Assembly: GCA_965247115.1 (NCBI GenBank)
Contig: CBDFGR010000003.1
Location: forward strand, 1,984,001 to 2,048,000
DNA length: 64,000 nt
Direction of reading: 5' to 3'
Origin: Myxococcota bacterium
Lineage (GTDB): Bacteria > Myxococcota_A > UBA9160 > SZUA-336
This document shows positions 10,122 to 19,860 of this stretch, in pieces; position 1 is the stretch's first letter, and each line of letters starts with the position of its first letter. The translations under genes were made by a program, and so were the position numbers. The notes beneath the pieces were generated by a model. The model did not search any database. It saw only the letters and a list, made by a program, of their open reading frames with translations, and had not been told where the DNA came from.

Positions 10122-10997
10122 ATGAAGTTCGGCTACCTGTCCCTGAACCATATTGGCGGGCTCCGTCCCGATGTCCTCGCGAAGGAGCTCGAAGACCGCG
10201 GCTTTGACTCGGTGTGGATGCCCGAGCACAGCCACATCCCCGTGAGTCGCGATACTGCCTATCCAGGCGGGGACCAGCTCCCAGATGGCTACTCGCACAT
10301 GATGGATCCGTTCGTCTCGCTGACGGCGGCTGCGTCCGCGACCTTGACGATCAAGCTCTGCACCGGTATCTGCCTCGTACTGGAGCACGACCTGCTGGAT
10401 CTAGCCTGCACGGTCGCGACAATCGACGCGCTGACTGGCGGGCGCGTGCTGCTCGGGATCGGTGTGGGGTGGAACCGTGAGGAGCTGGCGAACCACCGCC
10501 CCGACCTGCCGTTCAAGCTGCGGTACTCGGCAATGCGAGAGCGGGTGGCTGCCCTGCGCACCATCTGGACCAGCGAGGAGCCCGAGTACACGGGCCGCTG
10601 GGATCGCTTCACCGCGTCATGGGTCTATCCCAAGCCTGTCCAGCAACCCGTGCCCATCGCTCTTGGCAACGCTGGGCCCCTAGGGATACGGCACGCCGCG
10701 GAGTACGCCGACGCTTGGTGTCCCATCGATGCCTCGCTGGTTCCGCTCGGCGGTCCGGCGGATGCAATCCCGATGTTCCGGGACCTAGCCGCCAAGTCCG
10801 ACCGCGATCCAGATGCGATCCCCATCAGCGTGTTCTCCTGGGGGCCACCGAACCAGCACCGCTTCGAGCAGTATCGAGCTCTAGGGGTCCACCGGGTCGT
10901 GTTGCCTCCGCCGTCGATGAACACAACGGACGCGGACCGCACGCTCGAGTACCTCGACGAGGCGCTGCCGCTGCTGAGCGAGTTCGACGAAGCTTGA
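10122..10997 (+). CDS. LLM-class (luciferase-like, probably F420/flavin-dependent) oxidoreductase
   Basis: GFDSVWMPEHSHIP and GIGVGWNREE motifs. Start at ATG 10122. Confidence 0.85.
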   Translation: MKFGYLSLNHIGGLRPDVLAKELEDRGFDSVWMPEHSHIPVSRDTAYPGGDQLPDGYSHMMDPFVSLTAAASATLTIKLCTGICLVLEHDLLDLACTVATIDALTGGRVLLGIGVGWNREELANHRPDLPFKLRYSAMRERVAALRTIWTSEEPEYTGRWDRFTASWVYPKPVQQPVPIALGNAGPLGIRHAAEYADAWCPIDASLVPLGGPADAIPMFRDLAAKSDRDPDAIPISVFSWGPPNQHRFEQYRALGVHRVVLPPPSMNTTDADRTLEYLDEALPLLSEFDEA

Positions 10998-11040
10998 GGA
11001 CGTAGTACTCCTCGCATCGCCGAGGCGTGGAGGGGATCTC

Positions 11041-11430
11041 TCAGGCGAGCGCCGCCGCAACGAAGAGGCCAATGACGCAGAGTAGGCCTACCAGGAACGC
11101 TGCACTCCGTCCCTTGTCAAAGTCATTGATATAGAAGATGCCGTGCAGAACTCGGGCGGCGACCCAGACCAGACAAAGAGCCGCCGCCGAGCCGGCGCCG
11201 GCGCCGACCAGGTGATTGACGATAACGGCTGGCGCGAAGATCCCGAGTGCCTCCCAGGCATTCGCCTGGGCGGCGACTACCCGACCTCCCTTCCCGGTCA
11301 GCCTCGCAGCCTGGGCCCGGGGCTCCTTGCTGTCGGGTCCCCCCAGCTCTTTCAAGTACGGCAGACGGGCGGTCGCCCAGACGTAGGGAAGCAGGACTCC
11401 AGCAAACAGGCACCAGAACGGAACGGTCAT
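11041..11430 (-). CDS. MAPEG family membrane protein
   Basis: AAQANAWEA and ARVLHGIFY motifs; AGGAGAG RBS. Confidence 0.8.
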   Translation of the reverse strand: MTVPFWCLFAGVLLPYVWATARLPYLKELGGPDSKEPRAQAARLTGKGGRVVAAQANAWEALGIFAPAVIVNHLVGAGAGSAAALCLVWVAARVLHGIFYINDFDKGRSAAFLVGLLCVIGLFVAAALA

Positions 11431-11457
11431 CGCCCTCTCCTACCGACGCGCCTCAAA

Positions 11458-13008
11458 TCAGGCTGCCATCAACTCCATCGCGTGACGGTACACGCTGTGC
11501 TCCTTGCCGGCATGAATCACAGCGGCGGACTTGGCGGCGGAGACCATGTGCAACCATCGGAAGGGCTCGCGCGTCGAATAGTACTCGTCGGCGATGGCCT
11601 GGAAGTGCTTCAGCGAGTGCATTTCGGTGAAATCGTCGCGACACGCGATCTCCGCAAGTCTGTCGAAGTAGGCTCGCGGGTCGTAGCCCTTGTCCGAGTA
11701 CTGGCGTGCGAGTGCGATCGAGTTTCTGACCTCGTCGGGTGCAACCGTCATCGCGACACCGATCTGTCGCCAATCGAGCCACGGTTGACCTTCGATGCTG
11801 TCGGTAATGGCGTCGAGCAACTCCTCCTGGCCGCGGTCTGGCAGCGATGCCGAGATATCTGGGGCGAGATTTGACTCCCAATTCAAAAGCCGCTCGGCCA
11901 GCAGCACTTCGGGCCCCGTAAAGCCCGTCAGGAGACCCAGGAGCTTGTTCCTGAGACTGACGCCGTTCTGCGAGAGTAGATAACGGCGATTGTTGGTCCC
12001 GGTATGTAGATGCGAGTCCATGGGGTTGCCGTAGCTAGTGGACAGGTACGCGGCCGCGGAACCGATCGACAGCGCTTCCCCCGCGCCTTCCAACGACAAT
12101 CCCGAGGCCAACGCCTCCGCCATGAGTTCGATGTTGTCGAGATACTTCTTGGTCCTACCCATCTGCAGCCCCAGCTCGCCAATTCGAGTCGTTTCGGCTG
12201 GTGTGCTTTCTTCCTGGATGTCGATTTCGAGCAGCTTGTATGTGTCCAGTAGCGCTTCCACCTCAGCGAAGTCGAACACCTTCGGGAGCAGGCGCGAGGG
12301 CCTACGCGCCTGGTAGCGCACTGCGGGTCGGGCCAGCACGCTCGCCCACTCCCAACCCAGCCAATCGAGAGCGCGTGCCGTGTACACGGGATATATGAAG
12401 TTGTGATCGTCCATCCCGTTGCGTGCAATTGCGAGCGGTAGCAGCTGATCCAGGGATTCGCCGGGTGAAAGGTGATTCAGGAGCCACAGGAAGTAGTGTT
12501 CCGCTGCCGGGGCCTCCATGGCCCGCAGGCTCTTGTGAAACGCGCCCTTGGTCGCCTCGATGCCATGCGTCGCATCCTTCGCGGCAGGCGCAAGACCTTC
12601 AGTCAGAGCTTCCTCAGAAACGTGAAAACTTTCAACGGAGCTCGGACGACCCTCGATGGGGTCGATCTCGGCCATGACATAGGGACCCATGTGCGGTGAG
12701 TTCACGTGGTGGTTACACACGGCGGTGTGTTGAAGGACCGGAAGGTAGGAAAGCTCACCAGCGAGACGTTGCGCAACCCGATGGACCGCGTGGACACCAC
12801 ACACGGGATGTAAGGGGCCACCGTGATGCTGCGGAGGAACCTCTGTAGAGCGCACAACCGCCAAGGAGTTCGCCCTAATCATCTGTGTGGCGGAGGTGCC
12901 ATTTCTGAGCTTCTCGAGTGTCTGCTCCACAATTACGCGTGGGTCTGATTCCTCGACGAAGCGCACGAGGCCTTCCACCTCGGGGTGAAACTGAATTGGT
13001 TTGAACAT
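11458..13008 (-). CDS. Hypothetical helical protein with four regularly spaced His motifs (putative metalloenzyme)
   Basis: 516-aa ORF with GAGGGGG RBS; His motifs at about residues 67, 202, 333 and 464. Confidence 0.75.
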   Translation of the reverse strand: MFKPIQFHPEVEGLVRFVEESDPRVIVEQTLEKLRNGTSATQMIRANSLAVVRSTEVPPQHHGGPLHPVCGVHAVHRVAQRLAGELSYLPVLQHTAVCNHHVNSPHMGPYVMAEIDPIEGRPSSVESFHVSEEALTEGLAPAAKDATHGIEATKGAFHKSLRAMEAPAAEHYFLWLLNHLSPGESLDQLLPLAIARNGMDDHNFIYPVYTARALDWLGWEWASVLARPAVRYQARRPSRLLPKVFDFAEVEALLDTYKLLEIDIQEESTPAETTRIGELGLQMGRTKKYLDNIELMAEALASGLSLEGAGEALSIGSAAAYLSTSYGNPMDSHLHTGTNNRRYLLSQNGVSLRNKLLGLLTGFTGPEVLLAERLLNWESNLAPDISASLPDRGQEELLDAITDSIEGQPWLDWRQIGVAMTVAPDEVRNSIALARQYSDKGYDPRAYFDRLAEIACRDDFTEMHSLKHFQAIADEYYSTREPFRWLHMVSAAKSAAVIHAGKEHSVYRHAMELMAA

Positions 13009-13114
13009 GATCCCCCCTCGCTCTGACTCCCGGCTGCGCCGAGACCAGGGACGCCATATCCTAGCACGAGAGGCTAAGACAACACGCTACGACGCAATGT
13101 CGAGGAGGTGAATT

Positions 13115-13534
13115 GTGATCCGCCGAACTGTAATGGCGATCGTTGGGATCGTACTACTCGGCGCCACCAGCGCAGAGGGGCAACAGACCTACCCGAACAT
13201 CACTGGCGAAACGATCCTTGAGGATGATCGCATTATCGTCCAGCGGTTCGTGCTTGAGCCCGGACAACCGGAAGGGATCCACGAGCACCCCGAGTTTCAA
13301 CTTGTCATTGTGCTGCAATCGAGCAACGGACTCGTAACGAAGTTCCGCGGAGAGGAGAGAGTCTTCAATCGCACGGGCGACGAGCCAGATCGACCCGGAG
13401 GAATAGGCGCGTTTTGGCGACCCGGTCCGGTTCTGCTCAGCGACGAACACGAAAGCATCAATACGGGAACCCGGCCGCTTGAATGGATCGCCATAACCTT
13501 CAAGAAGGACTCGATTGCAGTCGAGAACCCGTGA
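13115..13534 (+). CDS. Secreted cupin-like protein
   Basis: GGAGGTG RBS, signal peptide, LEPGQPEGIHEHP and HESINTG cupin motifs. Confidence 0.65.
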   Translation: MIRRTVMAIVGIVLLGATSAEGQQTYPNITGETILEDDRIIVQRFVLEPGQPEGIHEHPEFQLVIVLQSSNGLVTKFRGEERVFNRTGDEPDRPGGIGAFWRPGPVLLSDEHESINTGTRPLEWIAITFKKDSIAVENP

Positions 13535-13549
13535 GCTTTGCGACTCCGT

Positions 13550-13948
13550 TCAACCTGGAAGGCCGGCGATCGCCTCCACCTCGACCAGGAGTCCAGGGAT
13601 GGCGAGCTTCGCTACCTCGACGAGAGCGCTGGCGGGTCGGGCGTCGCCGAAGAACTCCTGACGAACCGGATTGATCTTCGCACGGTCCTCGATGTTCTGG
13701 AGATACACCGTCACCTTGAGCACGTCGCTGAAGCTGCTGCCCTCAGCCTCTAGGGCTCGCTGGAGGTTGCTGAACACTGCCCTGGCCTGGACAACGACAT
13801 CCCCCTCGCCGATCAGTTTGTTCTGGGCGTCGACCGCCATCATGCCGGAGATGAACAGCAGGTTGCCGAAGCGAACGGCATCGGTGTAGTGGCTGATCGG
13901 TTCGCCCAGCCCCGGGAGGCGGACTTCTTTTCGTTTCCAGTCGACCAT
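13550..13948 (-). CDS. RidA/YjgF family enamine/imine deaminase
   Basis: LLFISG, VLKVTVYL and RPASALVEV..L...LLVEVEAIA motifs. Start at ATG 13948. Confidence 0.88.
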   Translation of the reverse strand: MVDWKRKEVRLPGLGEPISHYTDAVRFGNLLFISGMMAVDAQNKLIGEGDVVVQARAVFSNLQRALEAEGSSFSDVLKVTVYLQNIEDRAKINPVRQEFFGDARPASALVEVAKLAIPGLLVEVEAIAGLPG

Positions 13949-14010
13949 GCCAGTAGTATACGATGCTGTGCAAATAACTGGACAAAACGATACCGACCGG
14001 AGGTACTCTG

Positions 14011-15387
14011 ATGGCTGATACACACGATTGCATCGTCGTGGGAGCCGGCGCCGCTGGGATTCTGGCAGCCGTTACGTTGCGGGAGGCGGGCCGCGACGTG
14101 ATCGTCCTGGAGGCCCGAGATCGGATCGGCGGACGCGCCAACTCGGTGCCGCTGTCTGACGGGACGATGGTCGAGCGGGGCGCCCAGTTCGTTCACGGCT
14201 CCGTCATTCCCACCTGGGAGTTCATTGTCCGATTCGGACTTCGGACCCACCACGCAGACCTGGCGGCGGTGGCCGACCCTCCCAGCGTCTTCAAAGACGG
14301 AAAATGGGGAGCCCCCGATCCAGTTGCGAAGGAGGCGGCCGAGGGCCTGGAAAGGGCCATCGGCCGGCCAAACCCGGACACGCTGAGTCTCAGGGAGGCG
14401 CTCCAGGCCGTCGGACTGAGCGGTGAGACCCTGGCCGCCGCAGAGCGCATGATGAGCGTGGAGGCGCCCATGTCGCCGGAGAAGCTGAGCGCGCGAGCCG
14501 CTTCGGAAATCCATCACATCGAGGACACGTTGAACGACCCTCTGGCAGGCATGCCACGGGCGGGCAACCCGAACGCGCAGCTGGTCGACGGTTACCAGCG
14601 TCTGTGGGATGTGCTGAGCGACTCTATTCAGGATGTGCTGCACCTGAGCACGCCGGTAGAGGCCCTGGACTGGTCGGATCGCGGCGTCGTAGCCCATTCG
14701 GGCAGCCAGCAGTTCCGGGCAAAGACCGCCATCGTGACGGTGCCGGTCGGTGTCCTACAGGCCGGCATACCGGAGTTTCGCCCGGGTCTGCCGGTGGCCA
14801 AGCAGGCCGCGTTCGCGGACATGGGCACTGGCGATCTGCTCAAGGTGATCGCCGAGTTCAAGAGCCCATTCTGGGAGAAGACCCTGGGAAACGTCCCGAG
14901 TCTCCGCTACGCGGACTCTTCACTGTTCCCAATCACAATGTCCGGGTTCTGGGATCGTCCCGGGCCGCCGACGCTGATCACGTTCGCGGGCACGCCCCAT
15001 GCGACGGAACTCCGCGGGAACCAGGATCGAGCCAGATCAGAGTTCCTTGGTCAGCTAGCCAAGATGTTCCCGGACGTGGACATCGAGTCTGAGCTGGTGA
15101 GCCTCGAGGTGGTCGATTGGGCGGCGGATCCCTGGGCTCGGGGCGGCGTCAGTGTGGTGCCAGTCGGCAGATACCAGGCCCGTGCCGATCTCGCAGCCCC
15201 CACGCCGCCACTGTTCTGGGCAGGGGAGGCGACGCACTTCCGCGGCTACGCGGAGTGCGTTCACGGCGCCCTGGAGACCGGGCGGCGGGCGGCTTTCGAA
15301 GTCGTGCACGCCACGCAGCCGGCCTCCGAGTCAGGCTCGGACGCGCCTCTGGATTGGTGGCAGTACAACCAGAGGATGAGGGTGTAG
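14011..15387 (+). CDS. Flavin monoamine oxidase family protein
   Basis: GAGAAG dinucleotide-binding motif, EARDRIGGR, ERGAQFVHG, FWAGEAT, VHGALETG. Confidence 0.87.
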   Translation: MADTHDCIVVGAGAAGILAAVTLREAGRDVIVLEARDRIGGRANSVPLSDGTMVERGAQFVHGSVIPTWEFIVRFGLRTHHADLAAVADPPSVFKDGKWGAPDPVAKEAAEGLERAIGRPNPDTLSLREALQAVGLSGETLAAAERMMSVEAPMSPEKLSARAASEIHHIEDTLNDPLAGMPRAGNPNAQLVDGYQRLWDVLSDSIQDVLHLSTPVEALDWSDRGVVAHSGSQQFRAKTAIVTVPVGVLQAGIPEFRPGLPVAKQAAFADMGTGDLLKVIAEFKSPFWEKTLGNVPSLRYADSSLFPITMSGFWDRPGPPTLITFAGTPHATELRGNQDRARSEFLGQLAKMFPDVDIESELVSLEVVDWAADPWARGGVSVVPVGRYQARADLAAPTPPLFWAGEATHFRGYAECVHGALETGRRAAFEVVHATQPASESGSDAPLDWWQYNQRMRV

Positions 15388-15397
15388 CTCCGGTCAG

Positions 15398-16741
15398 ATG
15401 ATGACAAAGCCGGCGACGGCTGTGCTTGTCGCGCTCTTGGGCGTGGGATGCGGAACCTACCGTCCCGTGAACGCGCCGATCGAGCAATGGGCTGCGAACT
15501 ACGGCTATCGGCCCGAGACAGTTAACGAGAGAAGGCCCACGGGCGACGTCCTCCTTGTTCTCGCCTTCTCGGGCGGAGGGACCCGGGCGGCCGCCTTGTC
15601 GTACGGCGTACTGCGAGAGCTCCGCGACACGAGTGTTTCCGTACGCGGAGAGCGCAAATCGCTCCTTGACGAGGTAGACCTCATCACCTCCGTATCCGGG
15701 GGCAGCTTTGCCTCGGCTTACTACGGCCTGTTCGGCGACCGCATCTTCGACGACTTCGAAGAGCGCTTTCTGCGGCGTAACGTCCAGGGGAGTCTCATCT
15801 TGGGGATGCTCCGGCCGAAGAACTGGTTCCGCCTCGCCAGCACTTTCTTTGACCGCACCGAGATCGCCATCGAGCTCTACGACCGCAAAGTCTTCGACGG
15901 CGCGACGTTCGAGGATCTGCTAGCGGCAGGCGGGCCGTACCTCCAGATCAACGCAGCCGACCTCGGGGTCGGATATCGTTTTACGTTCATACAGCCGCAA
16001 TTCGATCCGATCTGCTCCGACTTGTCGCAGCTCAAGGTCGCGCGGGCGGTAGCCGCCTCGTCGGCGGTTCCCGGGCTCTTCAACGCGGTCACGCTTCGCA
16101 ACTACGCGGGCTCCTGTGGCTTCGAGCGCCCCGTGTGGCTGGACGAGGCGCTCTCGGATCGGAACGCGCGGCGCAGATTCCGGAGTGCGTCCATCGCCGA
16201 GAGCTATCTGGATGCAGACGACCGCAAGTACATTCACCTCGTCGATGGCGGTATCGCCGACAACCTGGGGCTGCGCGGTCCACTGGAAGGCATCCTCCTT
16301 TCGGGCGGGATCCGGGAGCGGCTGGAGCGGCTCGGCTTGGCGCATCCCAGGTTCATCGTCGTGGTGGCGGTCAACGCGCAGGGCCAGAGCTCCAGAGGGC
16401 TCGACTTGATTCCAGGGGCACCCTCGCTCGGTTCCATGATCGGTTCCGTGAGCGGAGTTCAGATTCAGAGCTACAACTTCGAGACCCTCGAGCTGATGAG
16501 GTCGAGCATGGAGAACTGGGCGCGGGAGCTGCCACCCGACGCGGAGGGGCGGGCCATCCAGACGTATCTTGTCGAGGTGGCCTTCGAGACACTCGCGGAT
16601 GAAGAGGAGCGGGAGTTCTTCAACAACGTTGCGACGAGCTTTGTGCTCGACGACGAGACCGTTGACAGACTAATCGAGGTCGGTGGGCGGCTCCTCAGGG
16701 AAAACCCCGGATTTGTGAGCCTCCTGGCCGATCTCCGATGA
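15398..16741 (+). CDS. Patatin-like phospholipase (probable lipoprotein)
   Basis: Lipobox-like LLGVGC, SGGGTRAA oxyanion motif, SVSGGS nucleophile, DGG motif. Confidence 0.85.
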   Translation: MMTKPATAVLVALLGVGCGTYRPVNAPIEQWAANYGYRPETVNERRPTGDVLLVLAFSGGGTRAAALSYGVLRELRDTSVSVRGERKSLLDEVDLITSVSGGSFASAYYGLFGDRIFDDFEERFLRRNVQGSLILGMLRPKNWFRLASTFFDRTEIAIELYDRKVFDGATFEDLLAAGGPYLQINAADLGVGYRFTFIQPQFDPICSDLSQLKVARAVAASSAVPGLFNAVTLRNYAGSCGFERPVWLDEALSDRNARRRFRSASIAESYLDADDRKYIHLVDGGIADNLGLRGPLEGILLSGGIRERLERLGLAHPRFIVVVAVNAQGQSSRGLDLIPGAPSLGSMIGSVSGVQIQSYNFETLELMRSSMENWARELPPDAEGRAIQTYLVEVAFETLADEEEREFFNNVATSFVLDDETVDRLIEVGGRLLRENPGFVSLLADLR

Positions 16742-16885
16742 CCTCGTCGTCGCAATCGTTCCTCGCCCCGTCAGGCTGGCTCCGCTCTGCGTCCTCGATC
16801 GGTTCTCGCATTCGTTGTTAGCAGCCGGGATAGCGGTTGTATGATGGCCATCTCGAAACCCCCAACCATTCACGAGGAGATCACC

Positions 16886-17320
16886 GTGCGTTCCACCCTT
16901 CGCAGCTCTTTCGGTCTGATCGTGTCCGCCCTTCTGCTCCTGGGTAGCGTCGCTCTGCCGGCAAACGCCGGCGTCGGCGAGATAGCCCTGAAGCTTGCAG
17001 GCCCACTGGCCGGGCAGTTCGGCGTGTCCGCCGACGCGGTCACGGCGCTGCTCAAAGGCGGCCTCTCCCTCGAGTCTGTCACCGAACTCCTGCTGGTCTC
17101 GCAGAGCTCCGGGAAGGACCTCACCAACGTGACGCAGCTCTATCGCGAGTCTGGCGACCAGATCGGGAAGACCGCCGAGCAGCTCGATGTCGCCGAGTCG
17201 GCCTACTCGACAGACAAGGTGAATGCGGCCATCGACGGGGCGAAGAAGGAGCTCCAGGCGGACGCGGCCAAGGAGGCGACCAAAGCGATCGGCTCGGGGC
17301 TCGGCGGTCTTGGCCGCTGA
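16886..17320 (+). CDS. Hypothetical secreted protein
   Basis: GAGGAG RBS before GTG 16886; signal peptide ending PANA. Confidence 0.6.
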   Translation: MRSTLRSSFGLIVSALLLLGSVALPANAGVGEIALKLAGPLAGQFGVSADAVTALLKGGLSLESVTELLLVSQSSGKDLTNVTQLYRESGDQIGKTAEQLDVAESAYSTDKVNAAIDGAKKELQADAAKEATKAIGSGLGGLGR

Positions 17321-17424
17321 CCATAACTCGGCGCATGCCCCCGCGAACGTCAAGGCGGTCAAGGGGGCCCCGCTTGCGATCCGTACACCGGAGTGAACTC
17401 GGCTCGGCGTAAGGGGAGAGAAGC

Positions 17425-18648
17425 ATGGACCGGAGCGAGGCCAAGGAAGACAAGAGCGGGACGCCTTCGTTCGGAGAGCTCAAGCGCGAGGTGGAGGACA
17501 TCCTCCCGTTCGTGCAATCGGAAGCCGACGAAGCCGAGCAGCTGTACCATCTGACCGACCGGCTTGTGGCCGAGTTCCGCCGAAGGGGTCTCTACACGCT
17601 GATGACGCCCAAAGCGATCGGCGGCCTGGAATTGCCCTTCGTTGAGGCGATGGAGCTCGTGGAACGCGTGAGCTGGGCGGATGCCTCCACGGGCTGGTGC
17701 ATGATGGTCTTGGGCGTCCAACACGGGTCCGCGGGCGCTTTCCTTCCCGACCAAGGTGTGCGCGAGATCTACCCGGACGGTGCCGATGTGACGATGGCCG
17801 GGCAAGGGGTGCCCCGCGGTTATGCGCGTCGGGTCGATGATGGATTCGTCATCAAAGGCCTCTGGGGCTATGGCAGCACCATCTACCACGCTGAATGGGC
17901 CCATTCGGGTTGCTTCCTGATGGACGGCGACGACAACAAGCTCAACGACGATGGAAGTCCGCTGGTCGTCATCGCCCATCATCCAAGGGATTCGATCGAG
18001 CTGAAAGGTAACTGGGATACGCTCGGTCTCAGGGGCACTGGCAGTTTCGACTACACCATCAAAGGTGAAGAGCTCTTCGTTCCCGACGGTCGATGCTTCT
18101 GGATCGACAATCCAACCCAGTACCGCGGTGGGATCCAATACAGCGCCGGGCTCACTGGGCTAGCGACCTGGGGACATACGAGCTGGGCGCTGGGCGTCGG
18201 GCGCCGCACCCTCGATGAATTGGCTGAGCATGCGCGCAACCGCGTCGATGCGTTCGGCAAGCTCTGTGACAGCCCGAGCTTCAAGCAGTCTTTCGCGGAC
18301 GCCGAGGCGAAATACCGATCGGCGCGCGCCTTCGTCTACCGCGTGTGGGACGATCTCTGTGAAACCTTTGCCAAGGGCGAACCCGGGAGCAACGAGCAAA
18401 TCGCTCTGATCCGGCTCGCGATGCGGCACATTCACAACGTGATTTCGGAGATCTCGACAATGGCCCACCGCACCTCACGCGGCGTCTCCCTGCGACCGAG
18501 CGTGCTGCAACGATGCTACCGCGACATCCACTCCGGAACGCAGCACATCCTGCTGTCGGACGAAATCGCTCAGGACTGCGGCAAGGTTCTCCTCGGTGTG
18601 ACCAGTGAAAAAGCCGAATGGAAGATTCTGGGCCTGATGGAGCGTTGA
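17425..18648 (+). CDS. Acyl-CoA dehydrogenase-fold flavin monooxygenase (HsaA/IacA-like oxygenase component)
   Basis: ADASTGW, WDTLGLRGTGSFD and LQRCYRDIHSGTQH motifs. Confidence 0.8.
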   Translation: MDRSEAKEDKSGTPSFGELKREVEDILPFVQSEADEAEQLYHLTDRLVAEFRRRGLYTLMTPKAIGGLELPFVEAMELVERVSWADASTGWCMMVLGVQHGSAGAFLPDQGVREIYPDGADVTMAGQGVPRGYARRVDDGFVIKGLWGYGSTIYHAEWAHSGCFLMDGDDNKLNDDGSPLVVIAHHPRDSIELKGNWDTLGLRGTGSFDYTIKGEELFVPDGRCFWIDNPTQYRGGIQYSAGLTGLATWGHTSWALGVGRRTLDELAEHARNRVDAFGKLCDSPSFKQSFADAEAKYRSARAFVYRVWDDLCETFAKGEPGSNEQIALIRLAMRHIHNVISEISTMAHRTSRGVSLRPSVLQRCYRDIHSGTQHILLSDEIAQDCGKVLLGVTSEKAEWKILGLMER

Positions 18649-19184
18649 CCTTCGCTGCGACCAGCCTGTCCTATCGCTCGCCGAAGACCGAGGTGCTGCC
18701 GAGCGGGATCCACGGCAAGGGGCTCTTCGCCCGAGTGGCAATCGCAGCGGGCGAGATCGTCGCGGTGAAGGGCGGCTACGTGCTCGACGCGGCGCACTGG
18801 GGAGCGCTCGAGAGGGAGCTCGGCTCCGCGGAGATCCAGATCGCCCGGGGCCTGTACATCGCGCCGGTCCGCTCAGCCGAGCGCGAGGGCAGCATGCTGT
18901 ACTCGAACCACTCATGCGACCCGAACCTGGCGATCGAGGGGCAGATCGTCTTCGTCGCCCTGCGCGACATCGCCCCTGGCGAGGAGCTGACCCACGACTG
19001 GGCCACCACGGACGACTTGGACTACACACTCGAGTGCCACTGCGGATCCCCGAGCTGTCGCGGGATCGTGACAGGTAGGGACTGGATGAAGCCGGAGCTG
19101 CAGGCGAAGTACCGCGGGCACTTCGCCTGGCACGTGCAGCGGCGAATCGATCGGCTCGGAGCTGCCCACCCTCGCCGACGATGA
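18645..19184 (+). CDS. SET-domain methyltransferase with post-SET Zn motif
   Basis: SGIHGKGLFA, NHSCDPN, DIAPGEELT, CHCGSPSCRG. TTG start overlaps the upstream TGA. Confidence 0.85.
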   Translation: MTFAATSLSYRSPKTEVLPSGIHGKGLFARVAIAAGEIVAVKGGYVLDAAHWGALERELGSAEIQIARGLYIAPVRSAEREGSMLYSNHSCDPNLAIEGQIVFVALRDIAPGEELTHDWATTDDLDYTLECHCGSPSCRGIVTGRDWMKPELQAKYRGHFAWHVQRRIDRLGAAHPRRR

Positions 19185-19249
19185 AGCCGAATCGGCCCAG
19201 ATCCAATCGCATCAAGGGCGAGGGTGCCGCTCGAGTGTCGCCCTGCTCT

Positions 19250-19732
19250 TCAGGTCGCCTCGGCGAGGCCTCGGATCAGCTGCCGGACGCGCTCGGACAG
19301 GTGCGGCAGGCACGGGTAGATCACCTGGATGCGCTCCAGCGCGTCGAGCGCCTCGAAGACGCGGCCGTGCGCCTCGTGGATCATCGCCATGCCGGACAAG
19401 GCGCCGAAGTGGCGCGGCTCCAAGGCGAGGGTCCGGTCGATGTCGCCGAGCGACGCCTCGTGGTCGCCGAGTAGCCAGTTCACCGTCGCGCGCTTGTTCC
19501 AGCCCTCGGCGAAATCCGGTGCAGCCCGCACGATCTGGTCGAAGGCCTCGATGGCCGCGCGGTAGTCCTGTTGTCCCATCGCGCGCAGACCCTTCGCCAT
19601 CCACATCTCGACCTGGGGGTCGTCCGACTCCATCCACCGCTCCCAGATCGCGGCCTCGGCCTGGCGAGCCAAGGCCGCCGCGGGCGCGTCGCGGAGCGTG
19701 TCGAAGAGCGCATCGAGATCGGGGCGGGGCAT
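19250..19732 (-). CDS. Tetratricopeptide repeat protein
   Basis: APDFAEGWNKRAT and LEPRHFGALSG TPR motifs. Confidence 0.85.
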   Translation of the reverse strand: MPRPDLDALFDTLRDAPAAALARQAEAAIWERWMESDDPQVEMWMAKGLRAMGQQDYRAAIEAFDQIVRAAPDFAEGWNKRATVNWLLGDHEASLGDIDRTLALEPRHFGALSGMAMIHEAHGRVFEALDALERIQVIYPCLPHLSERVRQLIRGLAEAT

Positions 19733-19860
19733 GTACGATCCTCAGGGTAGCAGCAACTCGGAAGACCCTTCTCTCAGAGGAGCCCTGGATGAACAACCTC
19801 CTGAGAAATCACAACTAGGGCGCACTCGCCTTGGGGCGCTGGTCGGCGACTCCGACAAAG

